A DNA stretch of 64,000 nucleotides, from contig JAYWIR010000006.1 in the NCBI GenBank assembly GCA_036172245.1, positions 4,154,001-4,218,000 of the forward strand, read 5' to 3'. The stretch's first letter is position 1, and each line of letters begins with the position of its first letter. A program made the translations under genes and the position numbers. Shown piece by piece: positions 26,520 to 41,025 of this stretch. The DNA comes from Raillietiella orientalis (taxonomy: Eukaryota). Under the pieces are notes generated by a model that saw only the letters and a list, made by a program, of their open reading frames with translations, ran no database searches and was not told the origin of the DNA.

Positions 26520-29500
26520 ATTTGAGAAAATTCATAATTCATAATCCTCAACATTGCATGGGTAACAGTCCCTGATGATCACATGGCACGTTACATCACA
26601 AGCACCGAAACAAACAGTTAACTCACTACTAAACGTTTTCAAACATTTTCCACAGGGTTTTCGCAAGAATCTGCTGGCAATTCGCTTGGACGAGTAAAAG
26701 GAACTCTTATTGAACATCAAGGGCTTTGAAAGGCTTCATGGCACTCAAAACCCTCGCTGGCTGGGCACATCGGCAGCACATGCCCGGCAACGATCATTGC
26801 TCAGGAGGTTAGGTAAGCTGCAAGAACAGGAAAACCAGAAGGCCGCTCCTGCACCGGAGGAGACTCCCGCTTCAGGAGGGAGGCATCCCGGCTCCCTCAT
26901 CCAACTGCCACTGCTGCCTCCGTCGCTCGGCAACCTCGCACTAGCAGGCCGTCAGCTGACCACGGGCCGTCGAAGCAGCGCGAAGTGCCTCCGCTCCCTC
27001 TTCGGTCGGCTCGCAGGGCAACCCTCTCCTCCATCCATGCTGAGACCAAATTAATGCATCTTGTGCAAGCTCCTCAGGAGCCACGAAACTTTCCATTTCT
27101 GTTCCCCCCGGGGAGGCGCCGAGCACACACGAGCACAGTTCATTTCATGTGCCCAAACGTGCTTTTCATCACATAATGAGCCGACTTCATAAACACTTGC
27201 ACTTGGGAAAGAAACACACAGTTATACATTCCTTTTTTTTTTTTTTTCCAATAATTTCCAGTCAGGGAATGATAACGAACGATGCAGTACCTACGCTTAC
27301 AAAATAGGGTTACATGAAGCACACAGGAGAAAATAATGACTCCCCACTAGAACTGATTCTGCTGATTTGAGTTGCAGAGGAAGTTTAGCTTGGTTTGGAA
27401 AAAAAGCACCCAAGAACTCCAAACGTGTAAAGAAGTGCAGCTGGCAAATCAAGCAAACATAAAATACGAGGGCAACCGACATGTGGCATAAATGATCTCC
27501 CTGGTAACAGATATGCTTATTTATATGCTCATTAATATATCTCTTTTATTAATCTTGGAGAGCTCGTGATTTTTTCCTCAGACTATCCTATGTAAGCGAG
27601 CCCATTAGAGAATTCCGGACTGTATGTGCAAAAGGCTTCATTGAACATGATATACTATGTACTCCTCATGATACAGTAGCTTCGAAACTTCATAGAATCC
27701 CACGTGTTTGCATCAAGCAGTTATGCACGTGAGTGGCGGATGCTGCCTTTGCTCGTGTGTTTACGGAGAGCATCTAAGGGAACGGAAACCATGCCATTCC
27801 GAGACACAAATATTATTGCACACCCTTAAGGAAATTGTTCTGGAAAATATCACTCTACCAAGCAACGGGCTACAAACTGGACCAGTGGAATGCCTGTCAG
27901 ACTCGTGAGAGATGCGTGCGGATTGGGGATATTTTAAAAGTGGACGTCCTGCTATTTGTATCTCCCTTTATGATCCACTTAGAAATAGAGTGGAGCTTCA
28001 TTTTAAATTCCTTGATTTCAAGTGATATCACAGTTAAATTTCGTGAGACTCATCCGTAAAATCCCTCTTTCACCTAGCCTCGGTTGCACCATCCAAGAGA
28101 TGACTTACAGATTTTTGCTCTTGTTTCTCTCTGTGATCAGTATCATCGCAATATAACGAAACAAATTACAGAAAATGACTTGGTGTCATGATCGTTATTT
28201 CATGGTACAGGGCAGGCGAGTTTGCCATATGCGTATCAGATCAGCTCTATGGTCCTGCTCCCAACTGATCTCAAAAGCAAACTTTTTTTCATCTTTATAC
28301 GATAAAGTAAATGATATTGTAGGGTTAAAATGATCAATGATATTGAAATTGTAAAGTTCAGTGGAACTAAAATGCAGAAGGAAGCATCTTGGAAATATGG
28401 CACGATTAATATATCTTATTATCTTCTGATATGCTGATAATTTTTCATAGAGAATTCAGGGACCAGTCACAGTTAGTTGATCATCCACTCACCTCATCGA
28501 AGTCACATAATTCTCGAGAGGTACGGATTTATTGCAGTATTGAGTTATGGAGTATTGAGTTATTGAGTTATGCAAATCAGTAAGTTCTGTAGATTCAAGA
28601 TGGCATACGGACTTGAGAGCTTTATTTTTCTGACGACAGAAAAACCGAATTTTCTTTCTGGAGGATTCGCGGCTCTCGTCAACTTTTCTTGAGTTCTCAG
28701 AATGCTCATATTTTCATTTATTTCATCTATGCACTTCGTTTCATAGTTAGATGTAAGTTTTTTTCATTGGAATCGTAGAAGAATAAAAAGCAAAACAATC
28801 TATTTCAATCGCAATCTAAGATCATGAGAAATGTTGCCTCCCCGAAAGCGTCCTATATTTATAAAGAAATCCGGAAACAGCTGAAAAGAGAATTTCACTT
28901 CTAGGCAGAAATGGTAATCATAAATATGAAGAAATGATAATGAGACTAGTTACAATGGCTGAATCCTCCTGAGTGAAGAGCATTTACTGATTTCTTACTA
29001 ACTCGATTACCAAGTAACTAAAAAAAAGAAAAATTGACTTCAAAATGCATAGGACGAATTTTGTGTAAAAAGCATGATAAACAAAGTAGTGAGCAAACCA
29101 GTCAAAAGAGGGAAATGCACATCTTCAAAAGGCAAGTGTTGAGGATCTCCTGGACTCTAGAAATATTTTTAGTAAACAGTAAGAACTGATCAGTGTTAAG
29201 TACTATACGCAGTTCTAGTGAATTGAGTGGCTTCAAACACAAATAAAGAAGCAAGGAAGCTGTTTTAGATTGTAAATAAAAAAAATATGGTAAAAACACA
29301 TTAGAGAAAAAACTGTGCACCATCGAATCGTTATCATGGATGTATGAAGGAAGTCGAATGATTTTCATATAAATACAGGATTTCCATTTACTAAATCTTT
29401 CCTATATCATTGGTATGAAGCTGAGCAAGACTATAAATAAATAGAAAACGTGGCTATGCATTTTTGCTAAAACAATTCCTTTACAATGGATAGATCAAAA

Positions 29501-31076
29501 AACGTGGAATTGAAAGCATCCAAGGCCAATTATTAGTTAAAATTTCTGCGCGTCATAACTACGTTAGACAACAATAGCTCACACAAGAGGTGAAAATAAA
29601 GTTTACTTGAGGAAGTGTCATGTAGGTTGGAAACATGCATATGTTGCAGTCTAAAGAAGTGTCAGCAAGTCGTCATGTCCAATTGCTTTCGGGCTCTTTA
29701 GGGTTTTCTAAAACTTTAGATTTGAATGTAAAGACGTGAAGTCCACTGTATCAAAGCATGAATTCATCGACACAATGCAGCCTTGATAGGTAGTCACTCA
29801 ATTTAATCAAAGGGCTAAAACCTAAATGGGATAAGTACTATGAGTTTTAGGCAGTAAGAAATAGAAATTATTAGATAATACGAATTCACAGAAGTCGAGC
29901 TGTCTGCTTGATATTCTTGTGACTGCCTTTGCGCGAATACTTTTTTCTTTTTCTTTTTAGTACTTTTACTACCAGTGCATTATCATTTGAAGAAATATTT
30001 GGAACTTTATTTTAATAACTGAGATTCATGAAGGAAGTTTGAGCAGTCTTTTTGTGTTTTGCAGAGACAACTCCAAAATGTTCATAGCAAAATGACTGAA
30101 TCTTTTCATTTGGCCAAATGAATGACGGCCAGCTGGACCACACACTGTTCGAACTCTCCGTAGTCTCTTCCGATTGCCTTTCTTTTCTTCTGACTTATTG
30201 CTTTTATATTCTTTTATTCATTTGAAAAACAAATTGACTGTTGCATGCCAGGTTTCTTGGTTTTGCCCTGAATAACATGTTTTCGTAAGTGATTGCACAG
30301 GCCTGTAGGACGTGATCTCTTCCAAATTCTCTAAAGTTGTATCACAGTGCGCCTTATAAGACACGCGCCTTCAATGGGTCAAAGGACTATCAAACAGTAG
30401 CAATTTCATTTCTCACCTTCAGCTTTTTTAAACGAGTTCTTCATGGGAAGGACAGGAGAATCCTTCCAGGTTTTTTCTTTCTTTCTTCTTTATACAAGCA
30501 CAAATAGCTTGGTTCTGTGCACCGATGCAAGTGCTTCTGTTTCACATTACCTGTCTTTTTGTTATTCACTGTAGTAAGCTGTCATTACATATGAGAATCT
30601 TCCTTTTCCCTCTCTCCACATATATATATATATAAACATATATGTATGTATGTATACATCCAGTCCAGTCCCTTTTCACGATCGTACCTGGCTTAAATGT
30701 ATGTGGCTGAATTGTCTTTCTTACCGTCATCCTAGTTATTGGCCTTGTGGGAAGATTTTTTGAAAGACGGGTATTTTAAGCACTTTGCTCATTCCAAAAA
30801 CTGAAGTTTCTTAGGGTAGCCGTAGGCATACACGAAAAACGTTTAAAAAAGTGCGTGAACTTTAGAGTTTGGTAATGATTACTTTATAGGAGTTTCAAAT
30901 TCTTGTTTACCGTTCCCAGGTCAAACCTTCCCTGTAGTCTGTGCTCTTTTGAAATCATAATTTTGAAATTGCTGTCATTCAAGATGTGATATCATGAGAT
31001 GCATTTTTTTGTGTATTAATATTCCAAAGGTTTTTCTGCAAAGGTTCCAGTATTTTTCATGTAACCCGCGCGAGCA

Positions 31077-32728
31077 ATGGAAAAATTAAATTCGTTCGGC
31101 ATAAGGTTTGTGTCACGGCGTTTTGGTATATAATAATTATACAGTTTTGATAATCGGCAGTTTTAAATCCATTAATTTGGAATGTAATTTTTAGAACACA
31201 TCCAATTGGCGGACACGAGGAAATACGAAATCTGCAAAGAAGTTTAAATGCCGCCTTTATAGCACAGCAACAGTTGCATCAAATTACAGAGAAGGAACTC
31301 TTGCAAAGAGAATTAAAGGTTATGAGGCAAAAGTACACGTGATTTCAAATGCAGTTTCCTTATATGCACTATGTGTAAAGATATTGAGAGAGCCTCAAAA
31401 GAAACCACAACTAATACCAACCAGCACAATAAGACTAATATTGTAAATAACACATTTAGTTCCTTGATACACCTGAAAGTGCACTGTCAAAAATTCCAGT
31501 AAATTGATAAATGGATTGGCATGATGTGATGCAGATTAAGATACAGATTTAACATATATTCCAGGAAGTGGAAACTGAACAGTATGATTCATGGAAATCT
31601 GAATGGGACCAACACAACATTATAGAAAAAAATAAACGCCAATACCAAAAAGAACAAAAACACAATATAAAACTCATTTTGGATATGCAGTTGAAACTAA
31701 AGGAAGATCAAAGATTGCAGAGTGAAAAACAGAAATTAGAAGAAAGGAAACAGTTGCAAAGTTTGGTGAAAGACTTAGAGGAGGAAGATAAACTGTAGAT
31801 GTGATTAGGAAATTGTTGAAATAACTGATGCTTATGTTGCAGTCGTGAACAAATTAACTTTCTTAAAAAGCGAAAGGAAAAGGAAAGCATTGATACATTT
31901 TTAAGGTCCAATGAAGCCTTTAAACAACATATGCAGTTGGAACAGACAAAAGAAGATGTGTATGTGTCATGATCATAGTAAAGTTCCTTTATTCCTCTGT
32001 GATGTTTAGGAAAATACAAACATATATTCAGCAACAAGAGGAAAATGAAAGAAAGCTAAAACAACTTCGGATCAATAATCAAGAAATTAAAAGTAAAGTA
32101 ATACAACAAATTGGTGATACGCTGCACAAAAAGCAGGTATTTAGAAGTGTACTCGTTCTTTGGCATTTGAAAACCCTAGAAAGATCGTACTGATGCTCTG
32201 GATCTATGGATTGCTCTTGGAGAAGAGGAACATAAGTTAGCCAATGACAAGTTGCAACAAGAACAAAGACAGTGTTCCAAATTGAAACAGCGTGAACTGC
32301 GATCTATGCATGAGTTACAAATGCAAATGAAACAAATGACTGCCCAGGAACTGATGATGGAAAAACAAGAATTTCTGAGTCAGGTAATGCTGTAATTCAT
32401 ATTTTTGTTTTGATGCCTCCTTCAGATGCAGAAGCAATTTGAAAATGAAGAAAAAATAAATCAGTTAGAGGTAGAGATGAGAAAAGTTAAACAGGAACAA
32501 CTTAGGAAAGAATTGCAACAGCTGATAGAGACCAAGAAGAAGCAAAGAGAAGAGTTAAAACTCTCTGAACTGCAAGAAATCGAGCTACTCGAAGAAGAGA
32601 ATAAGCTCAGAAATATCTTAATTGAAGATGAAAAACATAGAATGTTGAGTAAATGCAGTCCAGAGCTTCAGAAGTTCTTGATCCGAGCTTCAAAAAAACA
32701 TACCCATGGCTTGCAGCCAAGATTGTAA
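31077..32728 (+). CDS. MNS1: Meiosis-specific nuclear structural protein 1 (TPH-domain coiled-coil axonemal protein), ~7 exons
   Basis: Exon 31077-31105 splices in phase to 31195 (EEIRNLQRSLNAAFIAQQQLHQITEKE). Later E/K/Q-rich exons (LVKDLEEEDKL; MQKQFENEEKINQLEVEMRKVKQEQLRKELQQLIETKK; ILIEDEKHRMLSKCSPELQKFL) follow the order of remembered MNS1 segments. The start codon is less certain. Confidence 0.82.
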
Positions 32729-35700
32729 TGAGAGAAACATCTCTGCTTTTACTAATGTTTATATTAAATGTTTTTATTAAATCCCTGAGGATCACTGTGA
32801 TGTACATTACATACAGTTATCTACATGAGATTATATCATGTAAGTGTTTAGTTATGGAACTTTTACCATTTGCCATTATAAAACAGTTCAAAGAAAGCCC
32901 ATCAACATTTCAGAAGCTTTTCAGAAGAACACCCAAAAGCTTTTGGATGTTCACAAAATTGGGTGGGTCTACTGCATGTACATCAGAACACAGTTTGCAC
33001 TTGACTGTTGTTGGTGACCGAATCAATAGCACGTAATAATATTTTCTCAAAGTAACATGCTTGATTGCTTTTACTGGCATAAAGTTTATCCATTCATTTC
33101 ATATCCACCTTTCACCTCTTTTTCATTTATGAAGTAATGCAGCTTTTCTGTGGAGTTTATTCCATTGATTCTGAGTACCTGAAAACTGATTACCTTCTGT
33201 ATCTTGTCTCGTGATAACGTTCGTATTCTTTTCATTTCTTATTTTTGATCAAATGCCATTTACATACATGACCTGCAGAGTTTTTTAAATTCCAGTGAGC
33301 ATTGTATCTCACATTTTTATGGACATTCTGTGGGAAACATTTCCGGTAATTTCGGCGAAGTCCCTGCATTTGCCGATTTGCTATGTTAGCTTTCTCAAGG
33401 GAAACGTAATTTTCACAGCACTCAACAGGCCTCTTATTGCATCAATGCTGAATCCATGAAGTTTTAAACCCACCAAATTACATGAAATCAATTCTATAAA
33501 GCTTCTGATCACCTGGAATTTTAGATTCGGACGAACCCTAACTTGTTAAGCTCTGATTAAAAATAATCCTAGAATTAAACGAAAAATTCCCGCGTCGGAG
33601 GCCGTGAGGTCACGGTGGTCTCCGCGCGTGGCACCACCAAGCGTCGTGGGTTCGATTACTTCGACGGAAACGACGCAAAGCGCCGCGGGTCCAGAGTTCA
33701 CCTCATCACTTTTAGCAACCTCGATGCCACATTTATGGGTACAAATCGATTCATTCTAGCCTTATTTATTGACCTCACTTCAGACTGTATCTTCACACTC
33801 CGTAAGAGCTCTGAATTAATTTACTGTTAGCAACTATACTTGTCCTATTCCATTCCTATTCTTCACCTACTAAATTCCCTTATTATTTTGTTCATGGTGC
33901 CATCCACTCTTCACAATAAGCCATCATGTTCACATCATCAGAATACATACCTTCAAGATCTCATTCCTTCTCATCATAATAAACTATCGCGCTTCTGCTT
34001 ATACCTTTCTCTCCTCCAAAGAACTTTACAATTCTCTCTCTGTTTCCTGTGAATAGCAATACACTGTCTGTATTCATGGAGTTATGCAAAATGAATACAT
34101 CTATATAAATAAAACATTTGCTCGGCGTAAGCACATTACAACACGTTCTTTGGGGATGGCTGTTTTACAATGATTCTCTTTTTGTAAAATAGTACAAGAT
34201 GCAGGAAAACCATCAACAACACTCCTACCAACATCATGCACACCAGCAACAGGGATGCCGGTTGATAACGCCGAGCAGAAAGCCACAAAAACGAGAAAAT
34301 ACGATCCCCGATAATTAACAGTTCAATAAATAAGATGCATGGACTAGAACCTGAATTTCTGGAATTACTAGAAAGAATTATGGGGTGCAATTTCGCCTGA
34401 CCCAATCGGTTAATCAACTGTATAATGAAATGCAACAGTTATCAAGTCGTGAGATCAACTTGTGTTTCTGAAACAAGGAAAATACATTCCAAGAATGCCA
34501 AAAATACGATCACGGATCTGCTCTTCTTGCAAAATACATTTAAATCTATCTCTGTTAGAACCAAGGAAAGTTGAAGGAACAGTTAGGAAATAATCCATTG
34601 GCACTTTTACTCCCACTTTCTTTTAGTACTCTCCGTGCATTTCTTTTTTTTCATCAAACTGGATGCAAAAACAGTAAAGACATCATGCGTTCTTGAATAC
34701 AGTCACTCTGATTACAAAAAAACGTAAAATTATAATATTATTATTATTTTACACAGCTTCATAGGGCAAGGGTTGTCACCAAAAACTCAGCAACCAAAAT
34801 CAGACAGCAAGCAAGACTGCAGAATCAGAAATCAGCAAGCTCTTGAGATGATAATTCAGCTAAATAATTCACATGAACGGACAATATTTCAAATAGAATC
34901 ACAACAGCCTGAGTGCAAGTTTTCAAATTACCTCTGTGAAGTAATCTTCTGAATCGGTGAACTGTTATTCGTACAGGGTACTAGTCAACCAATTGAGAAC
35001 TACTGAGCTTTCTTTATGCTTAATAAGCTCAAGGGTAATCTTGAACACGTCATCTGAACTAGTTTTAATTTCTTAGATCGATTTCTCAAAGTCTGCCTTG
35101 AAAGGCCGAGGTCACTTTCTAACTTAATATCTGAAAACATGAAAGATGGATCTCTGTTTCTCGATGTATCAGACTTCGTGGCTTGTGGTAGACGCTTCTG
35201 TGAATGAGAAATAAAAATCTATTCCTTTTAAGACTTTTAAATTTATGATGGCCTTAATTTTTAATTCATTCAAAATTTGGTAAGATGAACAAGAAGTGAA
35301 TTATTAATAAGCTTCAAGCGCGTAACATTTAATACCTTCCGTCGTTTTTGGTTTTTCTGTGCTTCCACATTGAGAAGATGAGAGCATATAAGTTATGCTG
35401 AGCATCAAAGCATCATTTAAAATTGCCTAACTGAATTGGATTTTTTAGTTAAAAGAGCTTTTTTCTGTTTAAAATTAAAATGAATCAGTAGAACAATATG
35501 CATTCTAGTGAGCCTTAAAGCCAGTTTCCAATACAGAAAAGAATCCATATCTTGATCATAGTATATCTATATCTTGATTGTTTCTATCCTGGAATGGGCG
35601 AGAATCTATAGTACTTTTTTTTTTAATATTTCAATTGTTTACTCAGATTTCACATTAGGTGCTAGTTCATCTTAACATCATGGCTATACTAACTTAAAGC

Positions 35701-36802
35701 AGATTCTCCAACAAACATCCACTTGTATCTCTAAAGTAGAAAGTCACAAATAGATGACACTAGTATATTTAAGAAATTAACGTGGTACATGCAACTCGGA
35801 ACAAGTTTAAGATCAGTAAACACGCCTCAGTCCACGAGATTGAAATTTTCTGAATTTCGGTTATCTGAATTGTATTTGTTATATATAAGATATGCAAATG
35901 GATTAATTTCTATTTTATAAATTTACATTATTTAAATGAGATCTGATTATTCCTAACACAAGTGATCAGTGTTTTAGAAAAGCTGCACATTCGTGCTAGA
36001 AAGATTTAATGTTTTTATGATTGGCAATGCCTTAAATGTTTTATTGGTAGATTTCGAGCGTTAGGTGGTTTCCAAGGTTCTTCGTACAAAAATTAATTCC
36101 CGAAAATCAATAAAGGAAAACACGTTAAGCCATTGCTGACAGGAATTCAACACGTAAATAAGCCAAATTACTGTTGTGTATAAGAACTTAGACAACTCCA
36201 CCATATAAAACTTGCTGAAAGATGGCCTCAATGAACTTTATTTTCGTTCGTGTCTCGTGAGAAGCTTTTTTTCGTAATCCTTGTTTACAATCCATTTTTT
36301 AATACAATATTATGAGATGAATGTCTTAATTCTTGAAATATTCGAAAATGTGCACTCTGGCACAAATTCCCAATATAAAGTGGATGGATTGACATTTGCT
36401 AGCTTATTAGTTTGACTACAGTCGAAAAGCGCAGGGTGCCAGTTTATTAGTAGAAACTCTATTAATTCCGCTTATCATGCTGAAAATAATTTTTGAATTT
36501 CAGATACATGCTTGAATACATACAGAGTATAATAAAGTAATTAGCAAAATACAGTAATGAGGAATAATGGTAAACTCTCAAGTAGCTCACAACGAGACAA
36601 GAATTATCATCACTTGTTTCAAGCCAGTGAGGAAAGAAATGGAATAAGGGTACTTTTTTTTTTGTAGTTTATTCGTATTTTGTGCTGTAGGATGTGTGCA
36701 CCATAAGTCAGTTGTAAATTGAAAATGCAACAAATTATCAGTTTTTAACAAAATAAAATAATATTGATACATTGAATTTAGTTTCTAGAGGAAGCGTCTT
36801 CC

Positions 36803-39800
36803 ATGAGAACCTGCCCAGGTGTCAGTAATGTTGAAACTGGAGAGTTGAATTTACCCTGTGGACTAATCTCACGTGATAATAAAGTGGAAGAAATACAAGC
36901 AGTGCAAGCACAAGTATCTTTAATGAAGCAGTTGCTGAAACAAATTAACATTAAAGTAAATTAACATTTTCAGTTATATTTTCAGAGAAGGTTCTGATTT
37001 CAGCAGAATGAAAGGTACTTAGCTGATTTGCAAAATCGTATTGAAGAGCTGGCAGAAAAAGATGAGTACATGAATCACATGATGCATGAGCTGAAGCACA
37101 CCTCACGAGGTCTGAACATGTGTAACTGATCAATATGAGATTGTGTTAATGATAGCTAATCACCAAGTATCTGACAGAATAGAATCCAATGCGGAATGGA
37201 ATTTGCAATTAATCAAGCAAAAACTCAACCAACTTCAGTCAATGATTGGTGCTTATGATGATGCCATTAATGCAGAGAATCAATTGGGGAGAGGTGTGGC
37301 CGAAGGGGCTGCTACTATCCCTCCAGAGGCTTTTTCTTTTTCATCTGGTAATGCACGTCCTCACAAAAAGAGGGGTAGTAATCCAAGGTAACTTCTTTGT
37401 AAAATATTTTAAACTAAATTGTATTCTCTATACTTGAATACTCTTAATATGATTTGTGCTCTTTCAGTTCACTACGATCTTCCTTGCACACATCGGAAGC
37501 CTCAGAAGAAGAAGATCTCCACACACCAAAAATGAAGTGAGTTGTGTTACTAAAAGAATTTTTACAGATGTAAATTCGCAGACTAGTGATGGCCAAAGCT
37601 CGATTACATCAGTTACATGAAATGGTTGAAAACCTTCAGCACAGCTTAGATGCTGAAATATCACAAGGGATGCCATCATCCTTGGATTACCAGTCTTTGG
37701 CTGATTTACAAGTAGATGGTAAATTCTGACTTGCAAAAGATAAGGAACACATCATAAAGAGTAGGTAATGTTTCAGGGACACCAAATCAGCAACCCAGTC
37801 AGGAGACCTTTCAGTTTGATGGTTCATTGGAAGAGGTATATTTTAGTTTTGTTTGTTTTTAGTTGATTATGATATCTTTTTCCAGGAGGAAGTCCTGTCA
37901 AATGCAGTTGGATCATTGGCCTCAAACTTAAGAACTAGTGTAGCAGGAAGCAGAAATTATGAAATTCGGAAGAAGGACAAAGAAGGAATTCAGAAAAAAA
38001 AGAACTTTGGTAAGTTATGATATCATTGCCTGTATTGTTACTACAGTTACTACATGCTTTTAGGAATACCTATGAATCCTGTTGGACATCACTCTCAACG
38101 AAATCAGTTAGATTCTTCACTCAGGTAAGGAAAAGGAATACTTTTTCAATGTAGTTATGTAGTGAAGAGGATGAGTTGGAGAGGACACCCAAATTGGCAG
38201 TTGGGAATCACAGGAGGTTTACAATTGCAATCACAAAAAAAGAAAAAAATTAGTTATTTTTTTCAGGAGGCTCTCTGCACAGCAAGTCTATCCTCATGGC
38301 AAGACTTCCAATTTTTTATTCCAAGATCAAGGATCTATCGAATCTTCTGCCCCGGCTACTTTTTCGGATCAGGATCCTAATTCCATAGGATTAGCAGCTC
38401 AGCAGTCCTTGCTAGGACTCAGCCATTGTTATCACTTGCTGTATTTGCAGCAGCGAGAAGTAGCAGATTTACAAAATCAGTTGTATAAGGTAAAGGAAAA
38501 AAATTGGTGGCCACTTTGGACATCATCAAATTACTGGAGTAATAGCTTCAGGTAGGAGACTTGACTCAGAGACCTTCCATGCCTGCCACAGCCCTCAACA
38601 ATCAAGTAGCTCCAGGAACTCGAGCTAATAACTATTGGGATAATTTACGCAGCTCCTCATATCAAAATCTCATTGGGACAGGAACAAAAGGTCATAAGCG
38701 CCATATAAATCAAGACAGGTACATACATATTTCTTTGTGACAATTTCATTTGCTATCAGTATTAGTTGTCATCTAAATGAACTATCATTGCGAGCTGCAC
38801 GTAAGCAACCCAATAGGAAGGATGCAGGAGCAGGTAGTAAGCCAGATGAGGTGGTGGATGCAGAAGGAGCTGTAGGATGGAACATCCATGGAGGGTAAGA
38901 TGAGCAGGAAGCAAATCATTGGTGCATTTGAGAACAGAGAGTCAGCCCTTTTACCTCCACCTCGATATTTGGATTCTGTATATGCTGAAGCAGCCACATT
39001 CATAACAAAAAACGAATGTCGTCCAAAATTTTTGTTGGGAATTTTTAAAGAGTTGAATTCCTTCTCTACTGAGCATTGTCGGCAAGATGCTTTGGCAGCA
39101 CTCAGAGCAGTGTCCAGAGAAGATAACCTGCATACAAGGCTCCGAATCAGCAAAGCTAACATGGTATGGCATCTAACGTCAACCCTGTGGTCACATTGCA
39201 CATCAGAAAGCTGAGGAGAAAAATCTAGGAGCAATTCCCAAGAATACTAGTCGCCAGAAGTCATCAGCATTAGTTGAGGAACAAGCCAGTGCAGGACAGA
39301 GAAGTGACTATCCATCAGCACTAGGTTCTAGGAACCAAGTGGAAAACCATGAACCAGAAGAGGAAGAATCTCCTGAAGTAGGCACCTCTGATGTTCAGTT
39401 GGTGCAAAATATTCTAAGACGCCTTTTACCTATATTTAAGGTAAAACATAACCAAATTGCTTTTGTGACTCTGAAATGCAGTTTCATAATGACAATGTGA
39501 TGTCTTCTGGAGTAATTGCTGAAATTTTGGATTCTGTGACTGCTGTGCTGACTTGTTGTCCAAGTAGCACTCCAGCTGTTGCTGTTTGTAACAGCTTGTT
39601 GTATGCTCTGAATGGGCTGCTGGATCAATACAATGGCTGGAGAATAGCTGTTATAGGAGATGAGCTTCTGAGTGGTATCCGTGACTTATGCATGCAAGAG
39701 CTGCTTGGAGTACACTGCCAGAGACAGTATGACACTCACCCCAAACAAGTTAACATGGCAAGTTTCCTGGTCTTCATGGTTCTACTAAACCTGATTTTTA

Positions 39801-40171
39801 ACCAAATAAATAGAGTTCAGGGGATTCAGAAAAGACACGGAATTTCCTACAGAATCCTAGAAATCAGAGTTGCCAGACAGTTGCTTCACAAGAAAGTACC
39901 GAAGACAATCAAGACTTGGCAGAAGCAGATCAGTCTCAAGAGATAAAAACTGAAAACAGTCAGTCATGTGATTCAACCATTGGGAACAGGGTAAGCATAC
40001 ATATAGGTGACTGATATTTAGAAACTTGTAACATATTGTCAGGAGCTGGAACTGGATGAGGTACCCACAAGGCTAGTAGTTGGCATGAATATGCGGAGTG
40101 ATGGTGCAGAGCTATTGGCAGAATCATGCATTCAAGATGCTTCTTGCCCAGCTAACTTGCAAGTTCAATAA
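36803..40171 (+). CDS. PCM1: Pericentriolar material 1-like protein (compact), multi-exon
   Basis: Motifs LNNQVAPGTRANNYWDNLRSSSYQNL, DSVYAEAATFITKNECRPKFLLGIFKELNSFSTEHCRQDALAAL (PCM1 C-terminal domain-like) and LDEVPTRL. TAA at 40169-40171. The 5' end (ATG 36803) is tentative. Confidence 0.82.
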
Positions 40172-40175
40172 AATT

Positions 40176-41025
40176 TCAATTTTTCTTTTTATTTCGTAAA
40201 CTGGTCATTTGGGTACGCTTGCCCTTGTCACTAGATGCTCCAAACAGGTTAGTGACCATCTCAGATAGTTCTGGCATGTCATATTTGGGCATTTTGAGTT
40301 GTTCCATTTCCTAAGACTGAAAAGTGCCGAAACGCTCTGCTTTAACATATGCACTGACCTTCTTGGTTTCTGGGTCAGATACCATCTGGGGAAGCACTAT
40401 GACAAGCACCAGGGATACCACCATCATAAGAACCTGATATCACATAACTAACAGTTAAGCATTTCTTAATCTTACCATCGGGTTTAGAAGAAAATCGGCT
40501 ATTTTCCACTGTTCCCTAATCTGAAAATATTGATAAGATCTAAGGGAGCGCAAGCGAAGAGGATAAGGGAGAGATGCTGCTTGGGAGGGCTGAATGAAAT
40601 TGATCTAAGATTTTGATCAGAGCAGTAATTTGAGAATGTTCCTTCTCTGTATCACCTTTCTGGCACGCATGTTGCCTCGTTGAGAGACATCTACACGAGC
40701 TGCTTCATACACATAATTTGGAGAGCTAACTTCCAGCAGATAGGAGGAACCTGGTACCACATTTGTTACCACAAAGCTGCCATCTTCCCTACTCTACAAT
40801 TAAAGAACAGCAGGCATGCCAATCTTACTTAGGGAAAGCGAGCTGCTGCCCTCCATTCACTAATATCTGTATGCTACTCATAGTGAAGGGAAGTATGGGA
40901 TCAACAGGAGGAAACAATTTCCCCTCTATAATAAGCACATCTTTGGAAAACTCTGAATCCTCACAAGATGTTAATGTGTGGCTTAGCCACCATACCAAAC
41001 AATTTATCACCAATGAAGATGCCAT
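40176..41025 (-). CDS. EMC7: ER membrane protein complex subunit 7, multi-exon
   Basis: Signal peptide, then IEGKLFPP...ILVNGGQQLAF, REDGSFVVTNVVPGSSYLLEVSSPNYVYEAARVDVSQRGNMRARK, YFQIREQWKIADFLLNPMVLMMVVSLVLVIVLPQMVSDPETKKEMEQ and YDMPELSEMVTNLFG, with a basic tail. TGA at 40176-40178. Confidence 0.94.

Noticed and set aside
26710..27176. GC-rich patch with 60-114 aa ORFs upstream of BLTP2
   Set aside because: No recognisable protein; may be promoter DNA or a TE scrap, which cannot be resolved by eye.
34101..35130. Exon-like minus-strand segments and a hydrophobic 99-aa ORF between MNS1 and PCM1
   Set aside because: In-frame stops and no consistent spliced ORF; at most a non-coding transcript.
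38785..39234. 149-aa minus-strand ORF
   Set aside because: Antisense to PCM1 coding exons.
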